Assembly (NCBI GenBank): GCA_963767275.1
Contig: CAVYDL010000006.1
Location: 296,379-360,378, forward strand
DNA length: 64,000 bases
Direction: 5' to 3'
Origin: an uncultured delta proteobacterium
Lineage (GTDB): Bacteria; Desulfobacterota; Binatia; UBA9968
Part shown: positions 1 through 9,620 of the stretch, one piece after another
Position numbering within the stretch: position 1 is the first letter of the stretch
How the letters are laid out: every line of letters begins with the position of its first letter
The notes under the pieces: model-generated
Databases searched by the model: none
Seen by the model: the letters and a program-made list of their open reading frames with translations, nothing else
Told to the model about the DNA's origin: nothing
Position numbers and translations under genes: made by a program

Positions 1-71
1 TACTGGCGATGGTCAGGGCGGCAGTGCCGTGGTATGCATTAACCAATTTCACCGCGGGATGGAGAATCCTC

Positions 72-1502
72 ATGGCTCAAGACATGCGCAGTTGGATCGA
101 TCAACTCGAGAAAGCGGGGCTGTTGGCGCGCATCACCAAACCTGTCGACCCGCGCACGCAAATGGGCGCGTTGCTCTGGCAGGCGCGTGATCGGGGCTTA
201 CTGTTTGAAAATCTGCCGGGTTATCCGGGTTGGCGTTGTTTAGGGCAGGCGCCCGGGGACGTGGCGTTGGCGCCGGTGGCGTTCGGCTGTGAACGCGATC
301 AAATGATTCCCGAATTTGTCCGGCGCACGGAAACTTTGGGCAAGACGCGGCTGGTAGAAACCGGGCCGGTGCAGCAAAAAGTTTTACTCGGCGACGCGGT
401 TGATATCACCAAGATGCCGATTCATCAGGCCGGCATTCGCGACGGCGGGCCATTCATCGGCTCGGGTTTGATGATCACGAAAAATCCTGAGACCGGCCAG
501 CGCAACCTGAGCTTTCATCGGTTACAGATGAAGGAACCGAAGAAGACCGGCATTTTGCTCTATCCGCGCCACGCCTGGGCCAACTATCAGATGTATGAAG
601 CGCAGGACAAACCGATGCCGGTGGCGATCATGATCGGCCACCATCCGATGTATTACTTCGCGGCGGCGACGACGACGCAGTACGGCGTCGATGAATTTGA
701 GATCGCTGCGGCTCTGCTGCAAGAAGATGTCGAGCTCGTCAAATGCCGTACCGTCGATCTTGAAGTTCCCGCCTGGGCCGAGATCGTGCTCGAAGGCGAA
801 ATCCCGCCGAAGATTCGCGAACCGGAAGGACCGTTCAGTGAGTTTCAGGACTACTATCTCACCGGCTCCGGGCAAAATCCCATTGTCAACATCAAAGCGA
901 TCACCATGCGCAACGATGCGATCTTCAAAAACGTCCAGAATGGCACCGAAGTCGAGGGCTGCGTCTATCACAAAGTGCCGATGTCGGCGCAGATCCTGCG
1001 CCGGGCGCGCAGCGTTGGCGGCCTCGCCGATGTGCGCAACGTGTTAGTCATGCCGGGCATCTTTGGTGTGGTGGTGCAGATGAAGCCGCGCTACTTCGGC
1101 GAGGCGAAAAATGTCTTGATGTCGGTGCTATCGAGCGAGTACCAGCATCCCAAGATCGCCATTGCAGTCGATGTCGACGTGGATATTTTCAACTATGCGG
1201 AAGTCTTGTGGTCGATCAACACCCGGGTCAACCCGTCGGAGGATATCGTGACGATACCCGGCGCGAAGATCCACGCCATGGACCCGTCTTGTCCAGAGTT
1301 CGGCCATCCGGGTGCCCCGGGCTGGCATCGGGTCGGCGGCAAGATGATTATCGACGCGACCAAGCCGCCGGAGTGCGACGCCCAACGGCGCAAGGAATTC
1401 GAAAGGCTCAAACCTGTGGGCTGGGAAACTGTGAAGCTAGAGGATTTCTTGCCGGCAGGGGCGCCGCCATTGCGGATTAAACCGAAAATACCGATGGATT
1501 AA
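72..1502 (+). CDS. UbiD-family aromatic-acid / 3-polyprenyl-4-hydroxybenzoate decarboxylase
   Basis: ORF 9..1502. First ATG is at 72, preceded by GGAGAA at 61-66. The roughly 480-aa product has UbiD-family sequence blocks (recognised by eye, no search run). Confidence 0.8.
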   Translation: MAQDMRSWIDQLEKAGLLARITKPVDPRTQMGALLWQARDRGLLFENLPGYPGWRCLGQAPGDVALAPVAFGCERDQMIPEFVRRTETLGKTRLVETGPVQQKVLLGDAVDITKMPIHQAGIRDGGPFIGSGLMITKNPETGQRNLSFHRLQMKEPKKTGILLYPRHAWANYQMYEAQDKPMPVAIMIGHHPMYYFAAATTTQYGVDEFEIAAALLQEDVELVKCRTVDLEVPAWAEIVLEGEIPPKIREPEGPFSEFQDYYLTGSGQNPIVNIKAITMRNDAIFKNVQNGTEVEGCVYHKVPMSAQILRRARSVGGLADVRNVLVMPGIFGVVVQMKPRYFGEAKNVLMSVLSSEYQHPKIAIAVDVDVDIFNYAEVLWSINTRVNPSEDIVTIPGAKIHAMDPSCPEFGHPGAPGWHRVGGKMIIDATKPPECDAQRRKEFERLKPVGWETVKLEDFLPAGAPPLRIKPKIPMD

Positions 1503-1507
1503 AAATA

Positions 1508-1591
1508 CTGGTTCAAGGTTCGAGGGTTCAAACGTTCAAGGTCGGATGGGAGTTCTGTTTGATCCCTTGAACTTTTGAACCTTGAACCAAG
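1508..1591. terminator. Long imperfect inverted repeat (GGTTCAAGGTTC ... GAACCTTGAACC) between convergent genes; likely bidirectional terminator
   Basis: Left arm 1508-1541 and right arm 1565-1591 are reverse complements with a few mismatches. It sits right after the UbiD stop (1500-1502) and after the stop of the minus-strand gene ending at 1606. Confidence 0.45.
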
Positions 1592-1605
1592 AGCCGCGGG
1601 TGCGC

Positions 1606-1851
1606 CTATTCATCCGGTTCGCCGAAGTAGTCTCTGACGATTCTTTCCTTGACATATTCGATGGCGCCCAGGTCTTGGATGATGTCACCGCCGGTATCGT
1701 AGAAAAAGATATCGCCATTTTTATTGCGACCGATGGCGACCAGCCAGTCCAGCTCGTCGCGGTCTTCCAATAAATAATTGATGGCCTGATTGGCACCTTT
1801 GCTGGCGATAATGGTTACTTTCGGATTGGCGGTTTTTTTTACCTGGGTCAT
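1606..1851 (-). CDS. Hypothetical small protein (81 aa)
   Basis: ORF 1606..1905. Internal ATG at 1851 (MTQVKK...) has GGAGG 7 nt upstream on the minus strand (plus-strand CCTCC at 1859-1863). No family recognised. Confidence 0.5.
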   Translation of the reverse strand: MTQVKKTANPKVTIIASKGANQAINYLLEDRDELDWLVAIGRNKNGDIFFYDTGGDIIQDLGAIEYVKERIVRDYFGEPDE

Positions 1852-2250
1852 TGAGCGGCCTCCTGGACCGAACGGAAGCTTATAACAGTTGTGACGGCTA
1901 AACAACTTGCAAGCCGGCAGGGGAACCTGAGAATTTTGCCTCGTCTATTTCATATTTTAACATGTGCGAAAAAATTATGGCGTTTATTTTCAAGCAGATG
2001 CGGCGCTTAGCACGTCGGAGTCATTTCTTTAAGATAAATTTCGGACCAGCACAGCGGCGGATTCACAAAACCGGCTCGCTCGAAAGCAGTGCCTAGTTGG
2101 GGATCGTCGAATTCACATAGCCAATTCCATGGACGCCGGACGGCTATGACCGCTCGCAATCCAGATCGCAGCGCGTGCTACGCCAAGATCGCCAGCGCTG
2201 AACAGGGCGGTCGACCGTCCCGCGCCCAGGGGTCAAGCCTTCAGCGCAGA

Positions 2251-2967
2251 CTAATTCTTGGTAATGCGATGCGTTTTCAGCCAAAAGTCGACAATATATT
2301 GGCTGGGATTGGAAAGTCCTTTTTTGATACTTTGTATTTCCTTCAGCGCTAACCGTACTTGGGTAAGCATGTGGGAAGCTCGTCGTCCATACGCACGTAA
2401 CGACCCGAGATGATTCTGTCTGGCGATTTTATAATTTTCCGGGTCTGAGACACTAAACATCAAGCGCATACTCTCATTTAACACTTGAGTTTCAGCATGG
2501 AGTAAAGACGATTGCCATCTAACATCGATCAATGCCTTGATTTCATTGGCTGAAAGCGTTGGAGATGTCGGCGCAGCCAGGATCGAATTAATAACCGGAA
2601 TGGGAAGCTCGGCAGCCAAATTGCCATGGCGAAAACTTTGCACGAATCTTTCCAAATCTCGATCAGAAAGCTTGAGAATTTTTTCTTTATCTCCGAGGAC
2701 TCCTGCCGGCAAATCATCGGTTAAGTTACGCTCAAAGCCTTCATCTAAAAGCCAGCGCATCTCTCTTGCGGCTTGAGGAACAATATCCGACTGCACGCCG
2801 CACTTGAGTACTATAATACTCAACAAAGACTCTAATAGTTTTAATTCCGCAATTAGTGACTGCCGTGCGAACTTCGCGGTCCGGCGCCGTGTGCCCCACT
2901 GTTGCACTTCAAAGAGGATAAAGGCGGATATGAAGCCTAGAATTGGACCGGCTGATTCAAGCGTCAT
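2251..2967 (-). CDS. Hypothetical membrane-anchored protein in a low-GC islet
   Basis: ORF 2251..3234. The ATG at 2967 (MTLESAGPILGFISAFILF...) gives an N-terminal TM helix. Local GC is clearly lower than the rest of the window. No recognisable family and no clear SD. Confidence 0.35.
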   Translation of the reverse strand: MTLESAGPILGFISAFILFEVQQWGTRRRTAKFARQSLIAELKLLESLLSIIVLKCGVQSDIVPQAAREMRWLLDEGFERNLTDDLPAGVLGDKEKILKLSDRDLERFVQSFRHGNLAAELPIPVINSILAAPTSPTLSANEIKALIDVRWQSSLLHAETQVLNESMRLMFSVSDPENYKIARQNHLGSLRAYGRRASHMLTQVRLALKEIQSIKKGLSNPSQYIVDFWLKTHRITKN

Positions 2968-3159
2968 ACAATGGACAGTCGAAGGCTGTTTATCGATGGT
3001 GCGACGCTCGTTTGTGCCATAGGGTGCCGTATAGCCTAAAACCGATCCCGACCACAAGAAGCAATAGCGCAACGCCGGTTTCCTTTTGCTTGACCTCTCT
3101 TGGCAGCGCTGGTCAGTTGCATGCGGAAAACGTGACGACAGTAAAGTGAATCTTACGAT

Positions 3160-3185
3160 ACCAGTAGTCTTGACCAGTAGTCTTG
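3160..3185. repeat. Perfect 13-bp tandem duplication (ACCAGTAGTCTTG x2)
   Basis: Read directly at 3160-3172 and 3173-3185. Confidence 0.6.
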
Positions 3186-3415
3186 CCGGACAGTCGTGAC
3201 CAACCGGCAACAGCAGCGGCCCGCATACATCCACATGAGTCGACGCGATTCTCGGCTGAAGACTTTTGACCAGATTTTTGGGGCAAGAAAAAGCCTGCCA
3301 GAATACGGCTGAATATGCGCGAATGTTTCAAACCTGAATGAATTCGTCAAAGCAAGAAAAGCAACGTCGGGGAGTTGCGGTAAAGTCCGCGACTTTGTTG
3401 AGATCGGGACGCCTG

Positions 3416-6400
3416 TCACTTCATGTTGAAGTCGACGCGATTGGGTTTGCCTTTGACCTTGGCTTGTTCCTCGTTGCTCAGCGGTTTGGCGGCGACGATG
3501 AAGAGGCGGTCGGCGCCGACTTGGCCGCTAGCCAGCAAGGCGTCGCGCACCGCTTGGGCGCGCTGATTTGCCAATACCCCAAGGTCATCGTCAGTCGCTT
3601 TGGCATGTTGCATCATCAGCCTTTCCATCTCCGCCACCGGTAAGTCGACCGCCAGGCCGATTACGTTGCGCGGTTTGGGAAAATTTTCTTCGCCATAGGC
3701 GGCCTTCAAATATTTCGCGTACTCGTCCTTGTCGAACTGAATGTCGTCGAGCGATCGTTGTGCCTGTCCCTGGCGCACCAGGTCGCGCAGCTTTTGCGCC
3801 TTGGCCTTGCGCTCGATGCCGACTCGCTTCAATCCTTCGAGATCGCTCGCCGGATCGGCTCTCCCGGTCAATTCCAATTTGATCGACGGGCGATTGTTGA
3901 GGCCCTTGGCCAGGGCGGCGATTTTAGTCTGCGCGGCTTGATTCAAGTTGGCGCGGCCGTTGTCGAATTCAACGTAACTCAACTCCTCGCCGCTGCCACT
4001 GCCGCCGCTGAACGCCGCGCCGAGCAGCGAGAAGGGCGCGGTGACGGCTCTGGTAAGAATGTTAACGATCATGCGCCAGATGATGCCGCCGACGCTGAAC
4101 TGCGGATCGTCCAGCGACCCGCTGATGGGCAGGTCGATATCGATGACACCATTGCGGTCCTTTAACAGCGCCACGGCAAGCAGCACCGGTAGTTTAGTCG
4201 CATCGGGGCTTTCGATTTTGGGGCCGAAAGTGAGCTGGTTTAAGATGATTTTGTTTTGGGCGGTCAACTTGCGATTCTCCAGTTTGTATTTGACGTTGAA
4301 CGATAGCTTGCCTTTCTCGATACCGTAACCGACGTAGCGCCCAGAATAAGGAGTCATCGGGCTCAGCTCGATCTCCTTGGCATCGGCGACTATGTCGAGA
4401 AATAAGTCTTTCGAGAGTGGGTTGAGCTTGCCTTTAATTTCCACTGGGGCGGTGTTGTCGAGCCGGGCTTTGATGTCGATATCGCCGGGCGCCTCCGGCT
4501 TGAGCTCGGAAATCGTTCCCTGGACGCCGGTGAGATTGGCGTTGTAGTTGGGCTTGATGAAAAGGTCGCTGAAATCAATGTTGCCGGCGGTCAGATTGAT
4601 TTTGCCGATGGTGATAGCTTTGTCTGGACCGGTGGCGGGAGCACTTGGGAGTTCAGACTTTTCCGGTGATTTTCCCGCCGTCTTCTCTGTTGCGGCGGGA
4701 TCGATTTTCTTTTCCTCGGCCTGCGGCGTGAGTTTCTGCAGGTTGATCTTACCGTCGGCGCCGAGAATCAGCCGGGAGTAGAAATCGCCAAGATTGATCT
4801 CGCCGATGTTCAGCGTAAAAGGCTCGAGATTGAATTGGACGGCATTCAAGTTGAGGGACTTCCATTTGATCAAGTCGCTGGAATTGCTTTTTTCGACGGT
4901 CGCAAAGTCGGCGACGTCGACGCTGCCGGCGTAATTTACTTTTGCCGGGCCGGCGCCGCTGGCATCGAAAACCAGATTGCCCTTGGTGCCAATATTGCCG
5001 CTGGTGAGCAAGAAGTTAACGCGGTCCTCTAGATAAGGCCAAAATGGCAGGACGTCGATCCCCTGGGCATCGACCTCCAGCTGAGCGGCAACGGGGCGAG
5101 TTCCCACAGTCCCGGCAAATTTCAAGTTCCCTTTGTCGTTGATCGTGGCTTGGAAGGTCGCTTTGCCTCGCGATTTTTCCACGTTGGAAAAATTCTCGCC
5201 GCGGATTGTTGTATTGGATACGACGATACGTGTCGGAGCCGCCAGGGAGCGATCTTCGTAAACAATTCTAAAACGATTGAAAACCACACGCTTGGTTTCG
5301 ACGGTCCAAGACGCCTGTTCTGCTTTCGCCGGTTGCTTGGTTGCGTTTTCAGGTCCGCGCGTCTTGATCAGGCGGGCGTAGCTGATCGTCCCGTCCTTTT
5401 CCCGCTGGACATAGCCGTTGCCATCCCGGGTTTCCACGGAACCAATGACGACCGAACGCTTGCCGACGTCGACCGTGGTGTCTTTCACGGTCAGGAGCGG
5501 AACGCGCCAAAGGGGTTCGGATTCTCCCGGCACGTCCATTCGCAATGATCGCAGGGCTGCGGTCAGCTCGGTAAGTTTTATCTCCGGCTCGTCTGCTTTC
5601 TGCGCGAAGGCGACCTGAGTCGAAAGGTCGAGAAGTCCGTCCTTGAATTCGACGCCGAGCAAATCTTCGTAATACGGTCGGAGCTTCTTGAGTTGCAGTG
5701 CCCGGATTTCCAATTTGCCGTCTGCCAGCATCGGCGTCAGTTGTACGGTACCGGCGTGAGAGAATGATTCTTTTGCGTCAGAGTCAAACGACAGTTCGAC
5801 ATGGGCCTTTTTATCGGCTTCATTGTTGAGTCCCGTGACTTTGAGGCGGACATTGTCAAGGCGTGTCTGGTAGGGCTGCTGCGGTTGTTCGTCGTTGAAG
5901 TGGATCGTTGCGCCATCGATGGCGATCTCTTCGACTTGATACAGGAATGGCTTACCGTCCTCTTTTTTTGCCGTTGCCGTTGCCGGCTGACTGTTGGTCG
6001 ATGGCGTCACCAGATTGGCCAGATTGATTTCGCCCTTGCGATCGCGGCCGACGTGGAGTTCGAGGCCTTGCGACTTGATGGATTTGACCGTCGCTTTGCT
6101 GGCAAAGACATCGAAGGATTCGACCACGACATCGAAGTTGGGCAGCTTGAGCAGCGGCGCGGCGCTTGTTTGCTGCATCTCCAACGCGTTTACGTTGAGA
6201 TCGCCTGACAACGCCAGCACCGGCGCGGCTTTGGGCGCCGACTTGAAGCTCACGGTGACCTTGCCGTTGAGTTGTCCCGAGGGCATTCTGAAATTAAGCG
6301 CTACCGGCGAGTATTTCAGAAATTTGGCGATCTCCAGTTTATCGATCTTGATCCCCAGCGTGCTTTCCAGGGAATCCTTGAACGGCGTGGTGGAGTCGCC

Positions 6401-7051
6401 GCCGAGGTAAAATGGCGCGCCGTTGATCACCGCTGCGAATTCCGGTTTGATCTTGATCGCCAAATGCGCCGGCAAGCTGGATATAAACGGCAGGCCGATC
6501 TTAAGCGAAGTGACCGAATGTTTGATCTGCTCGGGCTGGTCGTCAAAATCGATCTTGCCGCCGATAATTTGAACGTTGTAGAGGGCGAAACGCGGCGTCG
6601 GCCCGGGCGGCCCGCCGGTAAATTCGTCGATTAAATCTTGAAAACTGTATTTGAAATCCGGCTGGCGCGCGACATGGACATAGGGATTGACTAGGCGCAG
6701 CTCTTCGATCACCGGCGCCAGGCGAAGCAGTGACTGCAAGTCCAGATTGACGAACAGCTCATCGAAAGACAGGGCCGCGGTCTGGCCTTGTTTTTCCTGC
6801 ATCACGAAGCCGCGCACCGAAACGGTGAGCGCGTAGGGATTGATCTTGATCTGCTCGATGGTGACGGGGCGGTGCAGTTTCTTCGACAGATCGCTGGCAA
6901 TCTTACCGCGCAAGAGCGGCGGCGCGGCCAGACCCAGAAGCACACCGAAACCGATAACGATCGCGGCGAGCCAAATAGCTATCTTACGGGTCCGCGGATG
7001 GCGAACGATGCGGGCGGTTTTTGTGCGCAGATCGGCAGCGTCTGACGCCAT
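3416..7051 (-). CDS. Giant AsmA/DUF748-like envelope protein with C-terminal OmpA-like segment
   Basis: Uninterrupted 1211-aa ORF with an N-terminal TM anchor (IAIWLAAIVIGFGVLLGLAAPPLL). The body is long and beta-rich with repetitive DUF748/AsmA-like sequence. The C-terminus (LANQRAQAVRDAL...NRVDF) resembles an OmpA-like peptidoglycan-binding motif. Confidence 0.8.
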   Translation of the reverse strand: MASDAADLRTKTARIVRHPRTRKIAIWLAAIVIGFGVLLGLAAPPLLRGKIASDLSKKLHRPVTIEQIKINPYALTVSVRGFVMQEKQGQTAALSFDELFVNLDLQSLLRLAPVIEELRLVNPYVHVARQPDFKYSFQDLIDEFTGGPPGPTPRFALYNVQIIGGKIDFDDQPEQIKHSVTSLKIGLPFISSLPAHLAIKIKPEFAAVINGAPFYLGGDSTTPFKDSLESTLGIKIDKLEIAKFLKYSPVALNFRMPSGQLNGKVTVSFKSAPKAAPVLALSGDLNVNALEMQQTSAAPLLKLPNFDVVVESFDVFASKATVKSIKSQGLELHVGRDRKGEINLANLVTPSTNSQPATATAKKEDGKPFLYQVEEIAIDGATIHFNDEQPQQPYQTRLDNVRLKVTGLNNEADKKAHVELSFDSDAKESFSHAGTVQLTPMLADGKLEIRALQLKKLRPYYEDLLGVEFKDGLLDLSTQVAFAQKADEPEIKLTELTAALRSLRMDVPGESEPLWRVPLLTVKDTTVDVGKRSVVIGSVETRDGNGYVQREKDGTISYARLIKTRGPENATKQPAKAEQASWTVETKRVVFNRFRIVYEDRSLAAPTRIVVSNTTIRGENFSNVEKSRGKATFQATINDKGNLKFAGTVGTRPVAAQLEVDAQGIDVLPFWPYLEDRVNFLLTSGNIGTKGNLVFDASGAGPAKVNYAGSVDVADFATVEKSNSSDLIKWKSLNLNAVQFNLEPFTLNIGEINLGDFYSRLILGADGKINLQKLTPQAEEKKIDPAATEKTAGKSPEKSELPSAPATGPDKAITIGKINLTAGNIDFSDLFIKPNYNANLTGVQGTISELKPEAPGDIDIKARLDNTAPVEIKGKLNPLSKDLFLDIVADAKEIELSPMTPYSGRYVGYGIEKGKLSFNVKYKLENRKLTAQNKIILNQLTFGPKIESPDATKLPVLLAVALLKDRNGVIDIDLPISGSLDDPQFSVGGIIWRMIVNILTRAVTAPFSLLGAAFSGGSGSGEELSYVEFDNGRANLNQAAQTKIAALAKGLNNRPSIKLELTGRADPASDLEGLKRVGIERKAKAQKLRDLVRQGQAQRSLDDIQFDKDEYAKYLKAAYGEENFPKPRNVIGLAVDLPVAEMERLMMQHAKATDDDLGVLANQRAQAVRDALLASGQVGADRLFIVAAKPLSNEEQAKVKGKPNRVDFNMK

Positions 7052-7110
7052 GGCAACCTTCGTGAGACTGAACTTGAGGCGATCCTATCGCAGGGGTAGA
7101 TGCTTGTCCA

Positions 7111-7575
7111 TCAAACTTGGCGATCTAATGGACGATCTTCGCCGGTTTCGATGGTTTCCAACCTGGCGATGTACGTACTCGGCATGCGCCAGTGGCGTGC
7201 GCCTTCGAGGATCAAGCGTTTGTATTCGGGGTTGGGCAGCGGCACGTCGGTTTCTATTGCGGCGACATAAACCAGGACCTGCAGCGGTATGTTGCTGTCG
7301 TCGGGCCGGTAGACCGGTATGATTTCACGGTGGTAGCCGTCTTCGAAGCCGTCCATCACGGCAAGATCGGCGTCGCTGACGTCGTACACGGCGCCCCAGA
7401 CTTCCTGGTCCGCTACCGGGTACACATTAGCGGTGCCGCACTCGCGCAGGCGCGAGTGACGGGTAATGCCAAATTCGTAGCCGGGGAGTTTGGCAATGGT
7501 GACGAATTTCGCCGAAGGGCAGCGCCGCTGCATTTGCGGCCAGTGTAGATTCGATCCATAAGCGAAATAGTACAC
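7111..7575 (-). CDS. Gamma-glutamylcyclotransferase (GGCT/AIG2-like) family protein
   Basis: N-terminal motif MYYFAYGSNL and roughly 150-aa size are typical of the GGCT fold. Same strand and directly upstream of the AsmA-like gene. Confidence 0.75.
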   Translation of the reverse strand: MYYFAYGSNLHWPQMQRRCPSAKFVTIAKLPGYEFGITRHSRLRECGTANVYPVADQEVWGAVYDVSDADLAVMDGFEDGYHREIIPVYRPDDSNIPLQVLVYVAAIETDVPLPNPEYKRLILEGARHWRMPSTYIARLETIETGEDRPLDRQV

Positions 7576-7758
7576 GAAATCCTCGCCTCCAATTCGTCGG
7601 CCATATTAAGTAAATATTTTCTCGGCTACAAGCTGCCGGAATTACTCTCAAGGCCGCATGCTTACGGCGGAGCGGCGGCGAATCCATTGTCCGCTTCTTG
7701 CGTTAAAGAAAGAGTCGTGTAATAGAATCTTCTTTCCTGATGGGAGCTGAAAAAATAT

Positions 7759-8340
7759 ATGAAACGATTATCCATTTTAGTGATGTTTGTGGTGCTAGCG
7801 GTGTTGCCGAGCGGAACTTTTGCGGGCGATGCGACTGTGCAACTGAGTGCGACGATTAATGAGTTCGTGACGATAATGGTCAACACGCCGGTGTCTGAGC
7901 TGCGCACCACGGGGTTGCCCGACAAAGCCCTGAAGCTAATCCATAGCCGCTTCGACTTCACCGAAATGACCAAGCGTTCTTTGGGACCGCATTGGAAAAC
8001 TCTCGCGCCGGCGGAGCAGGGCGAGTTCGTCGATGGCTTGACTCATCGATTGCTCGTAACCTACGGGCGCACCATCCGCGCCTCGGGAGACGAGAAGGTG
8101 GTGTTTAAAAAGGAAACGTTGGACGGCGTCTACGCCAACGTGGAATCTACCGTGGTCGGCGGCAAATCGGACACGTCCATCGATTACCGCTTGCATGATG
8201 TGGACGGCCAATGGCGCGTCTATGATATGGTCATCGAGCATGTGAGCATCGTCAGCAACTTTCGCGCCCAGTTCGAGCGCGAAATCTCGCGTACTTCGGT
8301 GAAAGCGTTACTCGAGAAGATCAAGCAGCGCCAGTCCTAG
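7759..8340 (+). CDS. MlaC/Ttg2D-family periplasmic phospholipid-binding protein
   Basis: Signal peptide (MKRLSILVMFVVLAVLPSGTFAG), 193 aa, MlaC-like blocks (SRFDFTEMTKRSLG..., YRLHDVDGQWRVYD). GGGAG SD upstream. Confidence 0.75.
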   Translation: MKRLSILVMFVVLAVLPSGTFAGDATVQLSATINEFVTIMVNTPVSELRTTGLPDKALKLIHSRFDFTEMTKRSLGPHWKTLAPAEQGEFVDGLTHRLLVTYGRTIRASGDEKVVFKKETLDGVYANVESTVVGGKSDTSIDYRLHDVDGQWRVYDMVIEHVSIVSNFRAQFEREISRTSVKALLEKIKQRQS

Positions 8341-8392
8341 AACCCTCCGCGCCGGTAATCCGGCGCCGGCCCATCGATCGACTAACTTCAAT

Positions 8393-8433
8393 CGGCCTAA
8401 GCGCGTCACTGCGCTTAGGCCGATGTTTTTTTT
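8393..8433 (+). terminator. Rho-independent terminator after the mlaC-like gene
   Basis: Perfect 12-bp stem CGGCCTAAGCGC/GCGCTTAGGCCG with 6-nt loop, followed by a T run at 8426-8433. Confidence 0.7.
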
Positions 8434-8496
8434 AATCATTGTGACGCCGTGCTGTTGAGCGAAGCGAGAATTCCATTGAACTGGATTCGTCAAGCG

Positions 8497-8524
8497 TTGA
8501 CGAACGTGGCGTAGTTGGATAATT
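8497..8524 (+). promoter_or_regulatory. Candidate sigma70 promoter (TTGACG-16-ATAATT)
   Basis: Read directly. The predicted TSS is only a few nt upstream of the ATG at 8534, which suggests a leaderless or near-leaderless mRNA. Confidence 0.35.
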
Positions 8525-8533
8525 GGGTCAACC

Positions 8534-9570
8534 ATGACCAAAGTTAAGATCACGTTGGCCCTAGGCTCCTATGACCGGCACGCTCCTTTGCTCGAAGGCA
8601 CTGATTAGTCATTCCGATATCGACATCGAATATATCGAGTGCGACCCGCAGCAGGGGCGCCATGAGCGATTCTTGCAACATTTCGAATTCGATGCAGCGG
8701 AGTTGTCGTTCTCGTCCTACTGCATTGCCATCGACCAAGGCATGCCGGTGCATGCTGTGCCGATCTTTCCGCGCCGGCTGTTCAGCCAGTCGCAGATGTA
8801 TAAAAACGTCAACTGCGCCATCCAATCGGCGAAAGACTTGTTCGGTAAGCGCATCGGCTTGAGTGGCTATCAGAATACTTTAGGCGTGCGCGCCAAAGGC
8901 GACCTGACGCACTTTTACGGCGTGGATCGAAAATCGATTACTTGGATCACGCCGGGAAAAGAGGTGGTCGATGTCGAGTTGCCCGGTGATTTGAAAATTG
9001 AAACCCGAGACAGTATGGCCGAGATCGAGGAGGAGTTTGTCGACGGCAAAATTCAAGCGATGTTCGTGTCGCGCCTGCCCAAGCCCTTCCGCGACGGCAA
9101 TAAGAACTTGGCTCGCTTGTTCGCCGATCCGCAAGCCGAAGAGGAGCGCTATTTGCGCGAGGAAGGCTACTTCCCGATCATGCATGTGCTGGCTTACAAA
9201 AAAGATTTGGCCGAGAAACATCCCGAGGCGCCGCGCGCGCTTTTCGATATTTTCGAACAAGCCCGCGGCCGCGCTATGCAGCGCTGGGTCGATCCCAACT
9301 GGTCCATGGTGATGTGGGGCAGGAAAGAGCTGGAGCGGCAGAATAGGGTTGTGTAGCTTCGATCCGTGGAAGAACGGCCTAGAAGCCAATCGCAAGAACA
9401 TCGAACGCTTCGCGCTCTATAGCCATGAGCAGGGACTGACCAAGCGGCGGCTCACGCCGGAGGAATTATTTGTCGGCGATCGAATAGCTCTATTGCGGTT
9501 TTCCTGTGCGAGTTTTAAGACAGCAGGCTATGCGGCTTTTTCGCCAACAAAACCAAAAATGCCGAGGTAA
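8534..9570 (+). pseudogene. 4,5-dihydroxyphthalate-decarboxylase-like (periplasmic-binding-fold decarboxylase family) gene interrupted by frameshifts
   Basis: N-terminus MTKVKITLALGSYDRHAPLLEGT runs into TAG at 8606-8608. The protein continues in the +1 frame (ISHSDIDIEYIEC...). Deleting one base at about 8604 restores EGTVSHSDIDIEYIEC. The main ORF is 8571..9356. The family C-terminus (GLEANRKNIERFALYSHEQGLTKRRLTPEELF) lies in a third frame at 9349..9570. Confidence 0.6.
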
Positions 9571-9620
9571 AAAGGGCGCAGGAAAAGAGCGTGAACGAGA
9601 GATCGTAACTGCCGGTGCGG

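Noticed and set aside
3338-7322. Numerous 60-160-aa ORFs on both strands inside the 1211-aa gene (e.g. 3758..4165, 5150..5548, 5994..6410, 6272..6634)
   Set aside because: They are embedded in or antisense to a long conserved-looking ORF in high-GC DNA, where stop-free frames are expected by chance. No SDs and low-complexity Arg/Ala/Pro-rich translations.
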